Origin: a virus
IMG/VR virus record: IMGVR_UViG_3300017917_002068
Location: 32,001-96,000 of that record
Reading direction: 5' to 3' (one strand)
Length of the DNA stretch: 64,000 bases
A model generated the notes under the pieces. The model was not told the origin of the DNA and did no database searches. It was given only the letters and a program-made list of their open reading frames with translations. Position numbers and translations under genes: made by a program. Positions 57,897 to 64,000 of this stretch are shown here, piece after piece. Numbering within the stretch: the first letter of the stretch is position 1; each line of letters starts with the position of its first letter.

Positions 57897-58361
57897 TTAC
57901 TCTAAAGTTTGTCTTTTTAAAGCCATTTCTTTTTCTTCTTCTAAAGAAACCCAGGTATAAGCTTCGGTATTATTTGCATAAACTTGTTTTTGCTCTTGAT
58001 ACTGAGATCTAACTGTATCTAAATAATCCTTTAATTCTATAAATTCTGGGGTTTTTTCTATATTTGATCGAGCTAACATGTCTAAAATTATATTAATTTG
58101 TGTATGTATAGGAAATCTATCTAATACAGTTACATTGGTGTTATATCGAATATAAGACTCAGTTATTAAAGGTTTATCTGCTTTAGATCTAATCTCCCCT
58201 GTAGCGAAATCACCGTACCAGTAGTCTCCTCTGATTGGATCTATATCTACTGTTTTTACAAGAAAGTTAGTTAGATCTAATTTAGACTTATCTGTTTCTT
58301 GAGGAATTTCTCCAAGAAAAACTCCAGTGCTTTTTAAAAATAATAAATCTACTGTTTTCAT
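57897..58361 (-). CDS. Putative tail fibre assembly protein
   Basis: Small gene between fibre genes. Confidence 0.45.
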   Translation of the reverse strand: MKTVDLLFLKSTGVFLGEIPQETDKSKLDLTNFLVKTVDIDPIRGDYWYGDFATGEIRSKADKPLITESYIRYNTNVTVLDRFPIHTQINIILDMLARSNIEKTPEFIELKDYLDTVRSQYQEQKQVYANNTEAYTWVSLEEEKEMALKRQTLE

Positions 58362-58362
58362 T

Positions 58363-58863
58363 TTATTGTCCTATATTTCCCCAAGCTAAAACTAGACTAT
58401 ACTTGGGATTTTCATCTTCTTCTATTTTGGTTACAGCATGTTCTAAATATATTGGCATTTCTAAAAAAGAACCGGGTTCTTCATCGACAAGGTGACTATT
58501 TCCTTGTTCATCAAACCACTGAAAGTGTGGTCTATCACTTCTTAAAAATATCAATTTAAATTTCCAATAACCACCGGCGCTGTCCTTATGTCTTAAAAGA
58601 TAATCTCCCGGATCATATCTGTTTATAGTAAAACTTGTTATCGTTCGCTTGTCATCCGGAATCGTAGAAAAAATTGCATCAACTAATTTTTCACTCATGT
58701 TAAAATGAAAAAGACTTTTTAATTTACTATCACCATAAGCTGTAGAAAAATTATATTGCTTGCCAGGTTGTCTATCAGAAAATTTATCTCTGTGATCTTC
58801 TACCAGAGATAAAATTTCATCGACATTAGTTAGATAATTTTTCACTAGATTAACCCGATACAT
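58363..58863 (-). CDS. 2OG-Fe(II) oxygenase
   Basis: NRYDPGDYLLRHKD..HAVTKI..KYSLV (HxD..H..K). Confidence 0.75.
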   Translation of the reverse strand: MYRVNLVKNYLTNVDEILSLVEDHRDKFSDRQPGKQYNFSTAYGDSKLKSLFHFNMSEKLVDAIFSTIPDDKRTITSFTINRYDPGDYLLRHKDSAGGYWKFKLIFLRSDRPHFQWFDEQGNSHLVDEEPGSFLEMPIYLEHAVTKIEEDENPKYSLVLAWGNIGQ

Positions 58864-60637
58864 ATTCCCAACTTGTTCCTAACGAATTTACTCTAAACAC
58901 TAAATCATTATTTCTTAATGGATTCGCAATAGTAGCAGTACCTGTACCAATTGATGTAACAAAGGAAACACTAATCCAACCGCCTACTGAATATGGAATT
59001 GTAACGCTAGCCGAAGAATATTCAGATCCTGCAATTCTAGCAGTTTGTCCCGGTTGATAGTTTGCCACTGGAGCAAGAGTGTTTAACAAAGTTGCGATGC
59101 CATTAACCGATAAACCTTTTGTATCTAATGAAAACACCAAAGGTTTGGATAGATAAAATGTTTCTGCATATTCTTCTACATATTGTTTTGTTGCAGCATG
59201 GTTAGGATTAATCGGAGCGCCAACTAAAGTTAAATAGCCGGTCATGCTACTACCCGACTTCAATACTGCTAGGGGATCATTTACTTCAATATTTTCGCTA
59301 CCATCAAACAATACTCCATTAATTCTTACAGGTGTTAAAAATTTATTTGATGTGCTGGCATTCCCGAGATATGTATAGCCTCCATCTACAGGATCGCCAA
59401 AAGTCTTAGTAGCGTGATTAAATGCTATCCTACCATCAATAGCAAACAAGTCGCCGGTATGATCTCCTTCAGTATCTCCTACTAGATTTCCGGATACATT
59501 TCCGGATACATTGCCAGTCAAATTACCAATAAAATTCTTTGTCAAAGGATTATAAGCTACAGAATTGTCGCTAGCTCGAATTTCACCTTTATGAGATCCA
59601 GTAGAATTGCCCGTTAAATTTCCTTGAAATGTTCCAAGAAAAGTTCCTTGAATACTTCCGGCATTGACCGTATCTGCCCATATAGTTTTCCATCGGGTCG
59701 ATGAGCTTCCAATGTCTTGTGTTAGATCATCTCCAGGCAAAAATCCTTCTGGATTAAAAATATAATCTAGTATTTCAGTATTGTCTTTTATCCTGATTGT
59801 TAGATCAGTACCGGATTGATTTTCGATGACCGGATTATTGCCATTTTCAACCCATAGTCTCAAATCTCCTGGATACGGAGCACCGGGATTATCTCCTTCG
59901 CCTACTGTAAATCCTTCGTCCCCAAATGTCGAACCTACAGGATTTCTTCTAATATAACTAGTTGGTTCCAGCCCGCCTAATCTTTCAGAGTTTGAAGCAG
60001 TTCCCCAATATCTATGAGCTGAGCTTGTTGTGCCGTTAGTACCAGTATTGATTAAGGTAAAACCTTTTTTGATTCTAGTGAAACCAGTAATCGAATCAAT
60101 AATTCCAATGTCAAATTCGTCGTCGGCGATCGTGGCAATTACTGCTCCATCTACGAATACTTTTATAATGGGATATTCAGTGTTTCCGTTGTCTCTTATA
60201 GTTCCAGAAATTAGTCTAGTGTTACCGAACCCGGGAGATTGTTGAGGTCCAACAATTACAAATTCTGTACCGCTCCATACGTTCAGTTGATTTTTATCAC
60301 TATCATACCACAATGTTCCAGCATCTCTCGCTAACAAACTAGTAGGAGGTATAGCATCTACTTCTGTTACTGTTAATGCTCTCCAGTTACTGGTAGCGTC
60401 TCGATATTTTATTCTATTATTAGATTCATCAAACCATAACTGACCAATTATCGGTCTTCTTGGAGATGTTGTTCCTCTAAAATTTTCTAGTATGTGTAGA
60501 AAGTTTTCATTAGTGATTTCGCCATATCCAGCATAATTTTTTCCGATAAGTTTTATATCAGAACTAGTTGAATCAACTGTTTGATCCGGAACCGTTGTAA
60601 AAACTGTTCCATTATATCTATCAATCTGGTATGGCAT
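58850..60637 (-). CDS. Tail fibre protein
   Basis: Same paralogous N-terminus; INGVLFDGS and HAATKQYV motifs. Confidence 0.75.
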   Translation of the reverse strand: MPYQIDRYNGTVFTTVPDQTVDSTSSDIKLIGKNYAGYGEITNENFLHILENFRGTTSPRRPIIGQLWFDESNNRIKYRDATSNWRALTVTEVDAIPPTSLLARDAGTLWYDSDKNQLNVWSGTEFVIVGPQQSPGFGNTRLISGTIRDNGNTEYPIIKVFVDGAVIATIADDEFDIGIIDSITGFTRIKKGFTLINTGTNGTTSSAHRYWGTASNSERLGGLEPTSYIRRNPVGSTFGDEGFTVGEGDNPGAPYPGDLRLWVENGNNPVIENQSGTDLTIRIKDNTEILDYIFNPEGFLPGDDLTQDIGSSSTRWKTIWADTVNAGSIQGTFLGTFQGNLTGNSTGSHKGEIRASDNSVAYNPLTKNFIGNLTGNVSGNVSGNLVGDTEGDHTGDLFAIDGRIAFNHATKTFGDPVDGGYTYLGNASTSNKFLTPVRINGVLFDGSENIEVNDPLAVLKSGSSMTGYLTLVGAPINPNHAATKQYVEEYAETFYLSKPLVFSLDTKGLSVNGIATLLNTLAPVANYQPGQTARIAGSEYSSASVTIPYSVGGWISVSFVTSIGTGTATIANPLRNNDLVFRVNSLGTSWEYVSG

Positions 60638-60648
60638 ATTTCGCTCCG

Positions 60649-61008
60649 TTATCCTGTAATGCTTTTAGCTGCTGTTTGTCTTTGATTTTCTAAATCAATA
60701 TATTCTTCTTCAGTCATTGATGTTTCTATGTTTAATACTTTTTCTCTTAGATGTCGTAGAATTTTCCAGTCTGTAGAATTCAAAAATTCTTTCTTTTCAC
60801 TGTTTTCAGTGTATGTCTGCTGATCTAAAATTTGAGATTGTGTTAATGGTTCTACTTTTCTAGTTTCAAGATTAAAATAGTGAGTTTTATTTTCTAATAA
60901 AATGTAATCATTATCAGTTATTTCTGTTATGGAAACAGAGCTCGGAACCAAAGGTTGATAGTTTAATATCGAAATTAATTGGTTATCTTCTATGCATACG
61001 TAATACAT
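60649..61008 (-). CDS. Tail fibre assembly-like protein
   Basis: FLNSTDWKILRH..RQTA motif. Confidence 0.55.
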   Translation of the reverse strand: MYYVCIEDNQLISILNYQPLVPSSVSITEITDNDYILLENKTHYFNLETRKVEPLTQSQILDQQTYTENSEKKEFLNSTDWKILRHLREKVLNIETSMTEEEYIDLENQRQTAAKSITG

Positions 61009-61012
61009 TATA

Positions 61013-62629
61013 TTAACTCCAAATTGCTAACCAGTTTGCCGCTGGTGTTGATCTTTGTTCGGTATTTTGTACATATACTCGAATTCGGTCTCCAAAATTA
61101 CTCCAGGTACATCTTAAGCTATCATTACCATCAACTCTACCAGCATAATGTATAACAGCTATGCTGGGAATAAATGCTATTAAATTTAACATGTTCTTTC
61201 CGACAGGAGGAAAAACATCAAAAAAGTTCGCACCGTTATTCCACGAACCTACTTGGTTTGTAAAACCAGATTGGCTATACTGAGTATTACCGTATGTTAT
61301 AGTGTAATTTGGTGGCACTAACGCTAATGTCGCCGCTTGATTAGCTAAATCTCTCGTATCAACATATTGCTTTGTTGCCGCCTGTAATGAACTTGTCGGA
61401 TCGCTAGGAAGTGTTAATGATCCCAATAATGTTCCGCCAGCTAAAGGCAATTTTGTTGAATCGGTTACAGTAATATTCTGTGTCCCGTCAAAAGATACAC
61501 CGTTAATTGTTCTCGGATTTAATAATCGGGTAGCAGTTCCTGCATTACCGGTTACATTACCAGTTACATTACCGCTAAGATCCCCAGTTACATTTCCTAG
61601 GTGTTCTCCGGAAGTATTTCCAATAACATTTCCAAAAACGTTTCCTGTTAAGTTTCCAGTTACATCGCCTGTTAAGTTTCCAGTTACATTTCCAGTTATA
61701 TTACCATTAACGTCACCTAACACATTTCCATAAACAGTCACTGGACCTGTTCCAGTAATTTGACCGACAATATCAGCGGTTATTGTGCCTGCAGAAAAAT
61801 TACCGCTACCGTCACGCTTAACAATTGTATCATCTAAGTTATTAGATGATGCTTGTACAGACCATGTTACATTTGCTGAACCGTTATATGGCGACCCGGA
61901 TAAGAAATTTCCTGGGGTTAAAGAATACTGAGAGTTTGCTTGAATTGTTATATCTGCTGATCCGTCAAAAGCTACACCGTTGATTGTTCTAGCTGTTTCA
62001 AGAACAGTAGCAGTTTCGGCGTTGCCCGACAAATCTCCGTTAATCAACGATGTCGATGATAACGTAATTCCTTTAGATAAACTAGTAAAACCAGAAATAG
62101 AATCTAATACATTTATATCAAATGCTCTTTCTGCAAGTATCGCGACAACCGTATCATTTAAGGTAACTTTAATTATAGGAAAATATGTTCCGGCGGTGTC
62201 TCTAACTTTTGTAGATATCAATCGTGTATTACTAAATCCTTCCACTCTCTCTGGGCCAACAAAATTCCACTGAGTTCCATTATAAACATATAATTGTTTG
62301 TTTGTTGAATCAAACCATTGATCTCCAGCGGCGGCTTGCGACGGTTGAGTTGATGATATTTCTGTAGATCCTACAGCGTTCCATTGCGCTCCAGAATATA
62401 CTTTTATTCTTCCTTCAGTTGAGTCATACCATAACTGCCCTAAGATAGGTCTATTAGGTGCGTTATTTCCGGCAAAATTTTCTAGAAGCCAAAGAAAATT
62501 CTCATTTTGAATTTCGCCATATCCAGCAAAATTTTTACCTACAAGCCCGACGCTAGTAGATGAATCTAATGTTCCGTCTTCTAGTACTACAAACGGATCT
62601 CCGTTAAATTTATTAAGTTGATATGGCAT
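61013..62629 (-). CDS. Tail fibre protein
   Basis: Paralogous N-terminus; long GNVTG repeats; RTINGVSFDG; AATKQYVD. Confidence 0.78.
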   Translation of the reverse strand: MPYQLNKFNGDPFVVLEDGTLDSSTSVGLVGKNFAGYGEIQNENFLWLLENFAGNNAPNRPILGQLWYDSTEGRIKVYSGAQWNAVGSTEISSTQPSQAAAGDQWFDSTNKQLYVYNGTQWNFVGPERVEGFSNTRLISTKVRDTAGTYFPIIKVTLNDTVVAILAERAFDINVLDSISGFTSLSKGITLSSTSLINGDLSGNAETATVLETARTINGVAFDGSADITIQANSQYSLTPGNFLSGSPYNGSANVTWSVQASSNNLDDTIVKRDGSGNFSAGTITADIVGQITGTGPVTVYGNVLGDVNGNITGNVTGNLTGDVTGNLTGNVFGNVIGNTSGEHLGNVTGDLSGNVTGNVTGNAGTATRLLNPRTINGVSFDGTQNITVTDSTKLPLAGGTLLGSLTLPSDPTSSLQAATKQYVDTRDLANQAATLALVPPNYTITYGNTQYSQSGFTNQVGSWNNGANFFDVFPPVGKNMLNLIAFIPSIAVIHYAGRVDGNDSLRCTWSNFGDRIRVYVQNTEQRSTPAANWLAIWS

Positions 62630-62655
62630 AGTTTTTTCGCTCTTTTATATTTAAG

Positions 62656-63999
62656 TTATACGTATGTTCCGAATAGTCCAGAGTAAGAAACTGTCGGTGA
62701 AGTATCCTCGACTAAAGCAGTAGTCACTATCCAAGATTTTCCACTCGGTGCTCCGGATGCTTGTAAAGTCAATTCAATATATCCCCTTCTTACTAAAGGT
62801 CTAGCAAACGCTCTTCTTGGTATTTCGTTTGCAGCTACAGCGGTTACATTTCCGCCTGATGTTGTAACTGCCAATGTCGGAGTAAGTTCTAAGAAATCTG
62901 GCAAATAATATCTAAATGTAGAAATTCTAGCTTTAGTATTAATATCAAATTCAGTAGATGGCGCTATAGATTCTAAAATATCAACTATCTGGCCGTCAGT
63001 TAATGGACTATCCGACAACGGATCATCACCTGTAATATCTAAGACTAACGGCAAATTACGTGTTCTAACTAGATTAGTAACATATCTCTTTGATGTTGCT
63101 TCAGATAAAATAGTGTCCGATAGTGCAGAACTTGCCTCAGTTTCTTGACTGATCGAATTTTCATTTGCTGTTTGAATACCGATAATTTTAGGCTTAGTGG
63201 CGCCTTCTAAAACAATATTGCCGAGAGGCTCGATGATAATATTTGCAGGATTAGCACTGCCGCCATCTGAATATGGTAACGTTCTAGCATTGTTAGAAAT
63301 TCTATTATTATTGATTGTAATATTATCAGCAGTAATAGAAATTTGCGCACCGAACGATGTTAATCCAGGAGCAGCCGAAACAGCATTGGTTAATTCATAT
63401 CCGGAACCTGTATCTCTTAAAACTTCAATCCCGTTAATTTTATAACCTTTGAGTGCAGGAATATCAATATTTTCTGAAAAATCCCAATCATTAGTTGTTG
63501 AATTCCACAGGATAGTATGATCTGTAGTACCTTTTAATATAATTCCGCCGCCATTGGCAGAAACATCAGTCGGTGATCCTGCTGACGGAACGGCTAGTTC
63601 AATATTTTTATCTGATAAAGTTAATGTTTCTGCTGCTACAAAAGTTGTGCTGCCCTCAACTGTAAGGCTTCCGGATATAGTAACATCTCCCCCTACAGAT
63701 AGTGTGCTATTGGCGTTAGAAGGAAATATTCTTAAAACGTCCGGATCATTAGATAAAATTGCAGATGGTTCGATTGCTATTGCTGTCTGAGGGAAATTCT
63801 CTTTAGTGTATCTAACAAACAATCTTCTATTGCTGGCGATATTAGTCATTAATACATCACCAGAAGAGTCTGCTTCTAATTTGCCTTGAGGTCCCGGGCC
63901 CCAAGATATACCAGCGGTATTTTGCACAGTAATTGGTTGTGTAAAGGTATTAGCAATACTTTTTCTAGGATAATCTGCTGCAAGATAAGTTCCTAATCG
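62656..63999 (-). CDS. Virion/tail protein, 5'-truncated by the window
   Basis: Frame is open to the window end; DKNIELA..ANGGGIILKG motif. Confidence 0.6.
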   Translation of the reverse strand, partial: RLGTYLAADYPRKSIANTFTQPITVQNTAGISWGPGPQGKLEADSSGDVLMTNIASNRRLFVRYTKENFPQTAIAIEPSAILSNDPDVLRIFPSNANSTLSVGGDVTISGSLTVEGSTTFVAAETLTLSDKNIELAVPSAGSPTDVSANGGGIILKGTTDHTILWNSTTNDWDFSENIDIPALKGYKINGIEVLRDTGSGYELTNAVSAAPGLTSFGAQISITADNITINNNRISNNARTLPYSDGGSANPANIIIEPLGNIVLEGATKPKIIGIQTANENSISQETEASSALSDTILSEATSKRYVTNLVRTRNLPLVLDITGDDPLSDSPLTDGQIVDILESIAPSTEFDINTKARISTFRYYLPDFLELTPTLAVTTSGGNVTAVAANEIPRRAFARPLVRRGYIELTLQASGAPSGKSWIVTTALVEDTSPTVSYSGLFGTYV

Positions 64000-64000
64000 A

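Noticed and set aside
61540-61740. Tandem DNA repeats or CRISPR-like array
   Set aside because: These are degenerate codon repeats of GNVTG/GNLTG within a fibre ORF (also near 4070-4200), with no constant repeat-spacer structure.
1129-63790. Numerous short antisense and alternate-frame ORFs in the track (e.g. 2801..3355-, 9512..9859-, 48611..49087+)
   Set aside because: They lie within well-supported genes and lack SDs or motifs; treated as shadow ORFs.
1-64000. Stop-codon reassignment
   Set aside because: Known genes are full length in the standard code and tightly coupled; no fragmentation pattern.
1-64000. Bacterial chromosome or prophage origin for clpA, dnaJ, def, erpA and fdxA
   Set aside because: These genes are interleaved with virion and T4-like replication genes in a uniform, dense layout, with no integrase or host-type operons.

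Overview
This window is a dense, gene-packed piece of a large lytic tailed dsDNA phage (T4-like or jumbo myovirus style, standard genetic code). The host is probably Gram-negative and proteobacterial, judging by the spanins and the FdxA, ErpA and ClpA-like genes. Layout: baseplate and tail-fibre genes (1-8.2 kb); a DnaE fragment, GroES, clamp loader, ferredoxin and PhoH (8.4-12.9 kb); a lysis cassette (14.2-16.7 kb); DnaJ-Def-ClpA (16.7-20.4 kb); putative head-packaged, protease-processed proteins (21.4-28.2 kb); PolB and a probable clamp followed by a 7-deazaguanine DNA-modification region with a TGT-fold DpdA-like gene, a DpdL-motif T-fold gene, a GT-B glycosyltransferase, FolE, an MBD4-like glycosylase, a PRTase and QueE (28.9-44 kb); RNase H and ThyX (44.6-49.3 kb); and a minus-strand radical SAM/glycosyltransferase cluster plus paralogous tail fibres (49.3-64 kb). 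Best leads: (1) a QueC-less deazaguanine pathway with an embedded glycosyltransferase and a possibly clamp-tethered DpdA; (2) capsid-targeted polyprotein cargo carrying enzyme modules and cryptic signal-like segments; (3) a DnaE piece that stops just before its catalytic motif; (4) RNA-level controls, including a tandem hairpin operator before polB, a switchable phoH leader, promoters inside terminators and leaderless mRNAs. I saw no tRNA, rRNA, CRISPR array or mobile element. All calls come from motif recognition by eye; no searches were run.
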